From contig JACAVV010000013.1 in assembly GCA_024648695.1 (NCBI GenBank), positions 41,051 through 105,050 of the forward strand: DNA of 64,000 nucleotides, in the 5' to 3' direction. The stretch is from Nitrospina sp. GTDB lineage: Bacteria > Nitrospinota > Nitrospinia > Nitrospinales > JACRGP01. The stretch's first letter is position 1; each line of letters starts with the position of its first letter. Both the position numbers and the translations under genes were made by a program. Under the pieces are notes generated by a model. That model had not been told where the DNA came from and did no database searches. It was given only the letters and a program-made list of their open reading frames with translations. This document shows, piece by piece, positions 48,228-57,175 of this stretch.

Positions 48228-48731
48228 ATGGCAGGAAAATCGAGTTCATTTGATATTGTATCCACCATCGACCTGATGGAAGTCAAAAACGCCGTGAACC
48301 AGACCATGGCAGAAATACGCCAGCGCTTCGATTTTAAAGGAAGCAAAAGTGATATCAACCTGGATCAGACCAAAAATTCGATCACTCTGATTTCGGACGA
48401 TGAATTTAAATTAAAATCCTTAAACGATGTGTTCCAAAGTAAATTGGTCAAACGCAAGCTATCGTTAAAAGCTTTTCAGTATGGCAATGTAGAGCAGGCG
48501 GGTGGAGATACGGTTCGGCAGGTTTTGCAAATCCAGCAAGGGATTTCCCAGGACAAGGGCAAAGAAATCGTTAAATACCTTAAAGGATTGGGATTGAAAA
48601 AGGTCCAGGGCCAGGTTATGGATGATCAGGTTCGAGTCACGGGCAAAAACCGGGACGATTTACAGGAAGCGATTCAGCAGTTGAAGCAAAAAGATTTTGG
48701 AATTGACATGCAGTTCAGCAATTACCGATAG
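48228..48731 (+). CDS. yajQ: YajQ family (UPF0234) nucleotide / cyclic-di-GMP-binding protein
   Basis: [34 protein letters not shown] matches the conserved YajQ N-terminus. 167 aa. Confidence 0.9.
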   Translation: MAGKSSSFDIVSTIDLMEVKNAVNQTMAEIRQRFDFKGSKSDINLDQTKNSITLISDDEFKLKSLNDVFQSKLVKRKLSLKAFQYGNVEQAGGDTVRQVLQIQQGISQDKGKEIVKYLKGLGLKKVQGQVMDDQVRVTGKNRDDLQEAIQQLKQKDFGIDMQFSNYR

Positions 48732-49548
48732 GTGGAACCGATTCGCCAGGACTGAACGGACGCTTTTGGTACACCTTTAAGGCCGTGGCAGAAAACAAGG
48801 CCATAAACAACAAACTTCCCGCAAGGCCCAGCACTATTTCCCCAATGTAAAAAGTAACCGCCAGGTTAAACACCAGAACACCATAGTACAAGGCCGGACC
48901 CATCAATGCTTTGCCCGGAATTTGCAGTGTTCCTTTGGAGCTAAGAGTGAAGCGGGATTCGAGATACATCAATATCCTTGTGTAGGTAAACAATATAGCA
49001 AACCCAACGATAAACCATCCTGCAAAATTTGTAAGCGGTATGTTGAAATACTCCCCTTCCTCCTGATAGGTATAAATCTTCCCGAGAAACCAACGATCCC
49101 CCAAAAATGCAACGGGATCAATGATCACGTCCATCAACATAAACAACATCGCGGCTGTCAAAAGAACGCGCACCGAATTTTTGATCGCATCGAGATTGAT
49201 CACCTCTACTTTCCATCCGTCACCTTTCAAAGTTCCCCAAAACAGCAAGCTAAGGGAATAGGCGACGTAACTTAAAAATGAGTACGATAAGGAATCCATG
49301 AAAGGGACATTGGCAATCCATAACTCCTGTCCACGGGTCGTGTCAATATAGGAGTAAAACCCGTAAGGAAATCCATTTCGGGTTGATGAAAACTCGGATA
49401 AAAATGCGATGCAGTAGGCAATGACAAGGAACAGCAGGGTCCGTACCCAGCCCATTCGGGCGCATGAGATAAACAAAAACACCGCCAGAAAAACAAAAAC
49501 GTAAGGGCGCAACACAAAGGTTCCCAAAAGCAAACTGAAAAATTCCAT
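48715..49548 (-). CDS. DUF422 / 'carotenoid biosynthesis protein'-type integral membrane protein
   Basis: Multi-TM protein with [11 protein letters not shown]...[12 protein letters not shown], resembling the PF04240 pattern. I set the start at MEFFSLL (ATG 49546-49548), forming an ATGA overlap with the upstream stop. Confidence 0.5.
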   Translation of the reverse strand: MEFFSLLLGTFVLRPYVFVFLAVFLFISCARMGWVRTLLFLVIAYCIAFLSEFSSTRNGFPYGFYSYIDTTRGQELWIANVPFMDSLSYSFLSYVAYSLSLLFWGTLKGDGWKVEVINLDAIKNSVRVLLTAAMLFMLMDVIIDPVAFLGDRWFLGKIYTYQEEGEYFNIPLTNFAGWFIVGFAILFTYTRILMYLESRFTLSSKGTLQIPGKALMGPALYYGVLVFNLAVTFYIGEIVLGLAGSLLFMALFSATALKVYQKRPFSPGESVPPIGNC

Positions 49549-50555
49549 CAGGCGCGCACCTTTCCGGTCTGTTGAAACCATTCCACAGCACGCTTTAATG
49601 CATCTTCCACAGGGTTTTGAGGCAGACCCAGTTCACGAACAGCTTTCGAGGGATCAAAATACATGTGGTATTTGGCCATTTTCACTCCTGCTAGAGGAAC
49701 TGCCGGAGGTTTGCCCGTTATGTGATCCGATACCTTTTCGCAAACCCAACCAGCGGCATAGGCCACCCAATAGGGCATTTGAACGGTAGGTGCTCTCAAC
49801 CCGGTAATCTTTTCCAGGGCCAATAAAATTCCCTGAAGCGACATGTCCCGGTTTCCCAGAATATAGCGTTCCCCAGGAACACCCCTGGACTCTGCTAGAA
49901 TATGGCCACGGGCACAATCATCCACATCGATCAAATTCAATCCTGTGTCCAAATAGGCAGGCATTTTCCCATTGAGAAAATCAAGAATGATTTTCCCGGT
50001 CGGGGTGGGTTTGATATCACGCGGCCCAACAGGTGTGCTGGGATTGACGATAACAACAGGAAGGCTTTTTTTGTGGTATTCCAGAGCTATTTGCTCGGCT
50101 TCGAATTTGGAACGCTTGTAATCATTGGCAAGAAACGAAGGGTCCATCGGCGTTTTTTCATCTGCAGGTTTTCCATCTGATCGCAAGCCAAGGCATCCAA
50201 CAGTACTGGTGTAAACCACTTTGTCCAGGCCAACCTCCAAAGCGCTTTGCAGAATATTTCGGGTGCCCGCCACATTGCAATCGTAAATGGTCCGTTTGTC
50301 TTTATCCCATAAACTGTAATAGGCGGCGGTATGATACAACACGGAGCATCCGGTCAAGGCTGAATTCAAAGACGCCGGGTCACGTAAATCACCCACCACG
50401 GTTTCAATATCCAGACCCTCCACATTGCAAAGATCTGTTCCTTCTCGCACTAAAACCCGGACCTTTCGGCGGTCTTTCAAAAGTTCACGGACAATGGCGG
50501 AACCCACGAATCCCGTGGCTCCGGTGACCAAAGTTTTCATATACAAATTACTCAA
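49548..50555 (-). CDS. NAD-dependent epimerase/dehydratase, HpnA / dihydroflavonol-reductase-like
   Basis: MKTLVTGATGFVGSAIVRELL and YKRSK (YxxxK). ~330 aa. Confidence 0.8.
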   Translation of the reverse strand: MSNLYMKTLVTGATGFVGSAIVRELLKDRRKVRVLVREGTDLCNVEGLDIETVVGDLRDPASLNSALTGCSVLYHTAAYYSLWDKDKRTIYDCNVAGTRNILQSALEVGLDKVVYTSTVGCLGLRSDGKPADEKTPMDPSFLANDYKRSKFEAEQIALEYHKKSLPVVIVNPSTPVGPRDIKPTPTGKIILDFLNGKMPAYLDTGLNLIDVDDCARGHILAESRGVPGERYILGNRDMSLQGILLALEKITGLRAPTVQMPYWVAYAAGWVCEKVSDHITGKPPAVPLAGVKMAKYHMYFDPSKAVRELGLPQNPVEDALKRAVEWFQQTGKVRA

Positions 50556-50675
50556 TTGAAATTAACAACAGAATTGCGGCCCCGATTATCCAGATTCAAG
50601 GTTATGAAAGCAAGGGGTTAGCAGGAAGGATAAATCACCGAAACAGAGGTTCCACCCCTATTGAGAGGATTTGGC

Positions 50676-51785
50676 CTATAAAAAAGTCTTGATATCGGAT
50701 TGTTTCCTCAAGGTATCAATGTATTTCTTTTTAAATGCTTCAACCTTTTCTTTAAGTAGAAAATTCATGATATCAGACTGCACCTCCGAAAATTCGGCGA
50801 TGGCCGGGGCATGCTTCTTAATAAGTTTAAGAATATGGAAACCGTGGCCTGTTTCTATGATCTCGCTGGTTTCCCCTTCTTTAAGCTTAACCATAGCATT
50901 TGCCAGAAGAGAGACGGTATTGCTGCGAGTCACCATTCCCAAATACCCGCCCTTGTCTTTGGTTCGTTCATCCTCTGAATATTGCTTTGCCAGATCAGAA
51001 AACTTTTTCCCGCTTTTTAGCTCCTTCAGGACCCTTTCAATTTTTGCTTTTGCCTTCTCCTGAATCAGGGCTTTTAAACGATCCGCTTTCTTTTGTTGTG
51101 CAGGATCACTCACCTTCCCTTCGGAAGGACTCAGCGACTCAACATAAATTTGCGCGATTTCAAAAAACTCCGGTTTTTGAAATTTCTTTTTGTTTTCATT
51201 ATAAAACTTTTCAGCCGCGCCTTCTTTTAACTTAACCTGGGACGCGATCTCTTTTCGGATAAACTCTTCTTCCGTCAGTTTTTTTTCAATTTTACTTCGC
51301 AACAAATCGACTGTTAAATGTTGAAAAGCCAGGGCGGTCAGGAACAATTCCTTGTTTGGAAACTGGTCACGAATCTGTTTGATCTCGGCATCAATGGTTT
51401 CCGGAGCTATGGTAATATTCATAGACCGGCCTTTTTGATAAATCAATTCCTGGTCGATCGATTCCTGTAACACCTTATGGGCCAGACTTTTTTCGTCTTC
51501 GGTTGTGACCTTTTTACCTTGCTGATCTTTAACAATTTTTAGAACCGCCATTTCACTTTTTAATAGATTCGAACTCAGGTTCTTGCCATTTACAGAGGCA
51601 ATGATTTCCGGCACCGGTTTACCGTCAATGGTAAAAGGGACATCTTCGGTCACCGTTAGAGCAAAAGCCCATAATGGAAATATCCATAAGAACAAAAAAG
51701 TACCAAGGGCAAGACCCGCATGAGTTCCAACTGAAGGAACCTTAGAAACGAAACGATTCTTAAAAAAAGATTTAAACACAACCAC
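50676..51785 (-). CDS. Periplasmic SurA/PrsA-like parvulin peptidyl-prolyl isomerase
   Basis: Signal/anchor GLALGTFLFLWIFPLWAFA, a long helical chaperone region, and a C-terminal parvulin domain GGYLGMVTR...GHGFHILKLI. Confidence 0.8.
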   Translation of the reverse strand: MVVFKSFFKNRFVSKVPSVGTHAGLALGTFLFLWIFPLWAFALTVTEDVPFTIDGKPVPEIIASVNGKNLSSNLLKSEMAVLKIVKDQQGKKVTTEDEKSLAHKVLQESIDQELIYQKGRSMNITIAPETIDAEIKQIRDQFPNKELFLTALAFQHLTVDLLRSKIEKKLTEEEFIRKEIASQVKLKEGAAEKFYNENKKKFQKPEFFEIAQIYVESLSPSEGKVSDPAQQKKADRLKALIQEKAKAKIERVLKELKSGKKFSDLAKQYSEDERTKDKGGYLGMVTRSNTVSLLANAMVKLKEGETSEIIETGHGFHILKLIKKHAPAIAEFSEVQSDIMNFLLKEKVEAFKKKYIDTLRKQSDIKTFL

Positions 51786-51915
51786 CTCTGGATGAAAGGA
51801 ATAAAAACGGCCCCCCTGCGAAGCAAGGGGACCAGATTATATAAAAATGGCAAGTTACCGGAAAGACCCGGCAATGTATTTTAATTTAAGGTAAGGCAAA
51901 AATGGAAAAAATTTA

Positions 51916-52479
51916 TTAATTTACTTTGGGTGATTCACCTTCCCACCATTTTCCCCATTTTACAGAAGCGATATCACTTTGAAAACCCTCATATGGATAG
52001 TAGTAGGCATCAAAAGCTCCCTCTGAATCATCCCCGGGCTTTACAGTGATCCACTGCCGGGAAGGCATCTTGTCCAAATCGCTGATACGAATCGGCTTAT
52101 TATCCAGTTTCACAAGAACCAGAAACCCTTTTTTCGTATTAAAGCCCTTTTGGCCAAATAAGGTCACCATGGTTTTTTCCTTGCCTATAAAATCCATTTG
52201 ATAAAATCCGCTTTGATAGTAATAAGGGAAATCAGTGAAATCCTTGCGGTTTTCATAGGCGCGGAAAGTAACAAACTGCGTGCAGTCGTCGCACATAATA
52301 TTATTGGGATCGACTTTGGTAAGATTCAATTCAGCTTGACTAATGCCTAAACGGGCAAGGTCAAAGTCGGATAGAGAATCCGCATTTGCGTTGGAAAGCA
52401 GAAATATACAACCAGCAAGAGTAAAACTCCCTAATACACAAAGTTTTTTCATTTTATTTATCTCCCAAATTGGTTTCAT
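51916..52479 (-). CDS. Hypothetical secreted protein / lipoprotein
   Basis: MKKLCVLGSFTLAGCIFLL (lipobox-like LAGC), or a signal peptide ending SNANA. No family recognised. Confidence 0.5.
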   Translation of the reverse strand: MKPIWEINKMKKLCVLGSFTLAGCIFLLSNANADSLSDFDLARLGISQAELNLTKVDPNNIMCDDCTQFVTFRAYENRKDFTDFPYYYQSGFYQMDFIGKEKTMVTLFGQKGFNTKKGFLVLVKLDNKPIRISDLDKMPSRQWITVKPGDDSEGAFDAYYYPYEGFQSDIASVKWGKWWEGESPKVN

Positions 52480-53060
52480 TTTTTACCTTGGCCCCCCAAG
52501 CTTTCAATTATTATGAAAGATCCAGGCTATGGAAGTATTATAAAAACGGCCCATTCCAAATTTCAACCAAAAAGTAGCATTTTTTCTTATACGTATTAGC
52601 ATTTTTTGCTATAGAGCATTAACAGATTCAACTAAAAGAAAACTGTGGCTAATGTGGAATATTTACCTGTCCTGCGAGACCTTTAGTGAAGAATCAAAGA
52701 TTTTCAACCATGCTGGTAATTTTTTATTTGGATTTTAGACTTTTTAAAAAACTCGCTTTTCGAGATTGAGTTTTTAGCAAATTTTAAATGCTAAAAATGA
52801 AAAAAACGACTGAACGCCATTCTGGGCTCTTTTTAAATAAAGGTTTTTCATTAGTATGCTAAGACAAGTTTCCTACTCAACGCACATGAAACACCATATC
52901 AATTGCTCTGTAGCTATTAAAAACAAGGTAAAAATAACAATTGTCAATTTTATAAAAAAAACCATTCATTGGTAAGTCTGCGCAACCATATTGTTTCCAA
53001 TTTTTTACGATACCCAAAATTGGGAAATAAAAAATCTACAACAGGCGTGTTACTTTGAAT

Positions 53061-53089
53061 TTGAATTACCAACCCATATGAGGTATAAT
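53061..53089 (+). promoter_or_regulatory. Near-consensus sigma70-type promoter inside the ORF-free region
   Basis: TTGAAT-N17-TATAAT. It would give a ~540-nt leader before the 53636 gene, or a separate transcript. AT-rich context raises the chance-match rate. Confidence 0.3.
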
Positions 53090-53508
53090 AATTTAATTGA
53101 TTATTTTGCCAACTTTCATTTAGTATTAATATGTTGTCATTAATGCAATTTAACTAGGCAAGGCTAACTTTAGTCATATAAAGAAATTTTTCAAAGCGCT
53201 CCACTAATTTTTTCAGACCCGAAAAGCCAACCAGCTAGTCTAAAAATAACGCATTGAATTTGAATTTTTTTTGTTACAATAATTAACTATTAAATGAATA
53301 TACTTATGTTTACAAATAATTTCCTTGTAATAAAAGAGCGTTTGGTTTTAAAATGAATTGGAACAATCCATTGACTTAACCAAACTGTATCAATTTTGGC
53401 ATAAGTTTGACAAATTTTGTAAACCTTAATTTATGCCATCAAATCATCCAAATCAATAAGCTATTAAAATATAAGCACTTATAGATTTTGTTCAAATTCA
53501 TTTATCAA

Positions 53509-53524
53509 TGGCATAAAAAATGCT
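53509..53524 (+). promoter_or_regulatory. Sigma54-type -24/-12 promoter candidate upstream of the B12-radical SAM gene
   Basis: TGGCAT-AAAAA-ATGCT compared with TGGCAC-N5-TTGCW: GG and GC at the correct 12-nt register, two mismatches in total (one in each element). Ends 112 nt before the ATG at 53636. Confidence 0.35.
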
Positions 53525-53635
53525 GATAGATTAGAAACATTATTTTGGTTAACATTTTTAAAACATCTCAAGCAGGAACTAACATCCGATGGAATCATTA
53601 GTTACAACAAGTACTATTTTTTGTGAGGGGGAAAT

Positions 53636-55189
53636 ATGAAAGTTCATCTTATCTTTACCAACTTCGATTGTCCTGTTGGTCCGAGTATGGGAGTCTCCTA
53701 TTTATCTTCGGCCTTAAAGGTAGCAGGACACGAAACCAATTTGATTCACATCAGCGAATGGGTCGATTATCCCTATGATCCCGAGCGAATCTTGAATGAT
53801 ATAAAAGAATATGACGCGGGTCTGGTAGCCATGTGCTTTGGAACCAACCATGCCCCTGAAGCAAAAGAACTAAGAAAGGTTTTAAAAGAAGGTGGCGTGA
53901 AAGCTCCCATTCTTTGTGGTGGCATTCATACCACTCTCAACACGGAAGAAATCATCAATGACCCGAATTGTGATTTTGCCAATGTGGGCGAAGGCGATGA
54001 TTCGATTGTTGATCTGGCCAATGCTTTGGAAAAAGGCGAGGATACCCATAACATTCCAAACATCTGGGCTAAAAAGAATGGCGAAGTCATTCAGAATCCA
54101 GCCCGTCCATTAAAAGACATTTCCAAATTGCCTTATATGGATACGGATATCTGGGAATTCAAAAGGATAATGGATTCCCGCAGGGGCTGGGTAAATGTAT
54201 ACATGAATCGCGGTTGCCCTTACCGTTGTACCTACTGTCATAACAACGGTGTGGCCAAGGTTCTGCAAAAGAGTTTTGGCACCAAAACCAGTGGAAACCA
54301 GGATTTGGGTTACCTTCGTTACCGGGACCCGGAGGACATGATCGGGGAATTGAAACATTTAATGGCCAAATACGATGTTAAAGCGTTTTCCTTTAACGAC
54401 GACACCTTCACGATGAACAAAGAGCAAATGAAGAAGTTCCTTCCCATGTATGCGAAGGAAATCGCTTTGCCCTGGGTTTGTAACACAACGGTTCTGGACG
54501 TGGACGAGGAAGTTTTAGGCCTCATGGCAGAAGCCAATTGTGATCTGATCCGCTTCGGTGTTGAAACCGCCACCGCACGAATCCGGAGAAATGTTTTGAA
54601 GCGGGTCTTCTCAACTGAAAAAACCCGTGATGTTTTCGCTCAAACCCGGGCCGCCGGTATTCGTTCTTTTGCCTTCCTTATTTTAGGAAATCCTGGCGAA
54701 ACTTTCGACGAAATGCTGGAAACCCTGCAACTTGCTTCAGAACTCAAGCCGGATGGTTTGAAAGTATCGATCGGTTATCCCTATCCCGGAACGGAATACC
54801 ATGACATCGCCGATAAAATGGGTGTGATCGATCATGACCGGCATTATCACAATTTCATTCGTGAATCCAAACTCAAATGGACCGAAGATGAGCGGGTTCG
54901 ACTGGACAAGTTCCGAACCGTTTTCTGGTTTTGGATGAATGCTCATTTGAGCAATGAAAGCTCCGCGCTTTATCAGGACCTTATTGATAAGGTTGAAGCG
55001 ATGAGTAAAGAAGAATGGCGGCATCCAACCACGGAACAAAAAATCCTCGACATGGAAGAGTTGATTTCCACCGACCTTAAGAAAAGCAAGGTCACGCATT
55101 GGACGATCCCCTTCAAGGACCGCCCTGAAATCGCTATCCTGGTTAAAGGAGACGACTTCCTGGCTTACGAAACGTTGGATCCCCATTAA
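53636..55189 (+). CDS. Cobalamin-binding (class B) radical SAM protein
   Basis: N-terminal B12-binding-type Rossmann domain (GVSYLSSALKVAGHETNLI...GLVAMCFGTNHA...ILCGGIHTT). Cluster motif NRGCPYRCTYCHN. GGAGGG-like SD (gagggggaaatATG). Confidence 0.85.
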   Translation: MKVHLIFTNFDCPVGPSMGVSYLSSALKVAGHETNLIHISEWVDYPYDPERILNDIKEYDAGLVAMCFGTNHAPEAKELRKVLKEGGVKAPILCGGIHTTLNTEEIINDPNCDFANVGEGDDSIVDLANALEKGEDTHNIPNIWAKKNGEVIQNPARPLKDISKLPYMDTDIWEFKRIMDSRRGWVNVYMNRGCPYRCTYCHNNGVAKVLQKSFGTKTSGNQDLGYLRYRDPEDMIGELKHLMAKYDVKAFSFNDDTFTMNKEQMKKFLPMYAKEIALPWVCNTTVLDVDEEVLGLMAEANCDLIRFGVETATARIRRNVLKRVFSTEKTRDVFAQTRAAGIRSFAFLILGNPGETFDEMLETLQLASELKPDGLKVSIGYPYPGTEYHDIADKMGVIDHDRHYHNFIRESKLKWTEDERVRLDKFRTVFWFWMNAHLSNESSALYQDLIDKVEAMSKEEWRHPTTEQKILDMEELISTDLKKSKVTHWTIPFKDRPEIAILVKGDDFLAYETLDPH

Positions 55190-55195
55190 TCGTCA

Positions 55196-55732
55196 ATGAT
55201 TAAAAAATGGAAAACCCTCTCCCGGCAAGTTGTTCATAAAAACCCCTACTGGACGTATTATCATGATGTCTTTGAAACCGGGAGAGGGAAACAGGGGGAC
55301 TACTTTTTTATCAAAAACAGTGGCGGGTGCGAAATCATTGCCCAGCGTGACGATGGTCGCATCATCCTTGTAGAGCAATACCGTTACCTGTACGACCACA
55401 ATGTCCTCAGCTTTCCCGGGGGCTCTGTGGTTCCGGGTGAAACGGTAGAAGAAACGGCTTCCAAGGAACTTTTAGAGGAAACCGGTTACAAAGCGGGTTC
55501 TATAACCTGCCTGGGAGAACGCTACATTTCTCCCGGATTGTTTCACTACATCGATACTTTCTTTCTGGCGCAGGATCTGGTTTTGGAAAAACCCGACCCT
55601 GAAGACACGGAAGAATTTGTTCTCCACTTTAAAACTCCGGAGGAAATCGACCAGATGATGGCCAAAGGAGAAATTTTGAGTGGAAACGCGACTTGTGGCT
55701 GGACTCTGGCCCGGCCGCATTTAATTAAATAA
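55196..55732 (+). CDS. NUDIX hydrolase
   Basis: Nudix box GGSVVPGETVEETASKELLEETGY. Confidence 0.85.
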   Translation: MIKKWKTLSRQVVHKNPYWTYYHDVFETGRGKQGDYFFIKNSGGCEIIAQRDDGRIILVEQYRYLYDHNVLSFPGGSVVPGETVEETASKELLEETGYKAGSITCLGERYISPGLFHYIDTFFLAQDLVLEKPDPEDTEEFVLHFKTPEEIDQMMAKGEILSGNATCGWTLARPHLIK

Positions 55733-55789
55733 AAATGAGGGCCTGTAACGCCCCCTTTTGAATATAAACATTTTGCTTTGAGACCTGTT

Positions 55790-56542
55790 ATGGAAATGAC
55801 CTCTGTATTAGAAACGCCCATACCAGATGTTCAGAACGAAACTATGGAAAACCGTTTTATGAAACGGGTGCTGGATATCGCCGTTTCATTGCCTATATTC
55901 CTTTTATCCTTGCCGGTACTGGCAATCATAGCATTAGCCATTAAATTGGATTCCCCCGGTTCTGCCTTCTTCCTGCATGAACGCACGGGAATTGATCGCA
56001 GAAAGAGCGGGCAATCTTCCTATTCCGGAGATGAACGCAGAAAGTTCAACCGGTTCGGCAAACAGTTCAGATTGGTAAAATTTCGAACGATGTACCAGGA
56101 TGCGCCAGAGCGGTTTCCTGAATTGTATTCTTATCAATATTCGAAGGAACAATTCGATTCCCTCATCGTGGGTCAACCCTTTGTAGGTGGTGATTCTGGC
56201 CAGGCCGATCCACGGGTCACACGGGTAGGAAATTTTTTAAGAAAAACCAGCCTGGACGAACTCCCTAACTTTATCAATGTTCTTCAAGGTAGCATGAGTG
56301 TGGTCGGACCCAGACCCGATATTTGGCAACACATCCGTTATTATCCGGAATCGCACCTGGAAAAATTGAAACGCAAGCCAGGGGTAACTTGCATTGCCCA
56401 GATCAAGGGCCGGGGAAAATTAACGTTCCTTAAAACCAACGAATACGATCTGGAATATATCCGCAAGCAATCGGTTTGGACAGACCTGAGAATCATTGCC
56501 AAAACCGTGAAAACCGTTCTCACCAGGGATGGGGCTTATTAA
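55790..56542 (+). CDS. Polyprenyl-phosphate sugar-1-phosphate transferase (bacterial sugar transferase, WbaP/PglC/EpsL type; priming enzyme)
   Basis: RVLDIAVSLPIFLLSLPVLAIIALAIKLDSPGSAFF (re-entrant helix), KFRTM, SLDELPNFINVLQGSMSVVGPRP. Start uncertain: ATG 55790, or later ATGs at 55844 or 55859. Confidence 0.9.
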   Translation: MEMTSVLETPIPDVQNETMENRFMKRVLDIAVSLPIFLLSLPVLAIIALAIKLDSPGSAFFLHERTGIDRRKSGQSSYSGDERRKFNRFGKQFRLVKFRTMYQDAPERFPELYSYQYSKEQFDSLIVGQPFVGGDSGQADPRVTRVGNFLRKTSLDELPNFINVLQGSMSVVGPRPDIWQHIRYYPESHLEKLKRKPGVTCIAQIKGRGKLTFLKTNEYDLEYIRKQSVWTDLRIIAKTVKTVLTRDGAY

Positions 56543-56579
56543 TTGCCCCACCCTCCTATCCACAAAATAAGTCTTACGT

Positions 56580-57134
56580 CTAAAGCTTCCCCGCCCGGAC
56601 CACTTTCTCCATAAACCGGAATAAAGCCACAATGGTGATGGAATCGGTGATCTTTCCATCCAAAGCCATCTGGTATGCCTCATCCAAATCAAAGCGTTTG
56701 CTGACGATACTTTCGGTACCATCCTGTTGGCAAGGTCCCGGTTTCAGGTTTTGCGCGTAATAAAGATAAGCCACCTCATCGGTGAAACAATTGCTTGTGT
56801 GAAAAGTTCCAAGGGATTTGTATTGCGACGCACGGTAACCGGTTTCTTCCAATAATTCGCGTCGCGCCGTCTGGACCGGCTTTTCGCCTGGGTGCCCTCC
56901 CCCTTCGGGGATCTCCCAACTGTATCGCGATATGCTGTATCGATACTGGCCTACCAGTAAAACACTACCATCTTCGAAATAAGGGATCACCCCAACCGCT
57001 GTGGGAGCCAGAACGGTATTGTAAACCCCCTCTTTGCCATCAGGGCGGATCACCTGATCTTGTCGCAGACGAAACCAGGGATTGCTGATGAGTATTTTAG
57101 AACTTAAAGTTTTCCAGGGATTTTTTTTGGACAC
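56580..57134 (-). CDS. NUDIX hydrolase (ADP-ribose / nucleotide-sugar pyrophosphatase-like)
   Basis: Nudix box EGGGHPGEKPVQTARRELLEETGY. Confidence 0.85.
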   Translation of the reverse strand: MSKKNPWKTLSSKILISNPWFRLRQDQVIRPDGKEGVYNTVLAPTAVGVIPYFEDGSVLLVGQYRYSISRYSWEIPEGGGHPGEKPVQTARRELLEETGYRASQYKSLGTFHTSNCFTDEVAYLYYAQNLKPGPCQQDGTESIVSKRFDLDEAYQMALDGKITDSITIVALFRFMEKVVRAGKL

Positions 57135-57175
57135 GGTTTAAATATTAAACAGGGTTGGATTTCAAAAGCATTCAA

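Noticed and set aside
52575-52797. Short direct and inverted repeats in the AT-rich region considered as a possible CRISPR array or MITE.
   Set aside because: There are only two 11-nt direct repeats and one palindrome. There is no regular repeat-spacer periodicity, no cas genes, and no terminal inverted repeats with target-site duplication.
52797-53380. Short ATG ORFs (20-21 aa) in the AT-rich region as candidate RiPP precursors for the B12-radical SAM enzyme. Examples: MKKTTERHSGLFLNKGFSLVC and MRYNNLIDYFANFHLVLICCH.
   Set aside because: None has a Shine-Dalgarno sequence. They are of the size expected by chance in AT-rich DNA, and there is no leader/core pattern or repeats among them.
56551-56559. 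DnaA-box-like cTATCCACA downstream of the sugar transferase gene.
   Set aside because: It is a single copy with one mismatch. There is no cluster of boxes or adjacent AT-rich unwinding element, and no dnaA/dnaN context.
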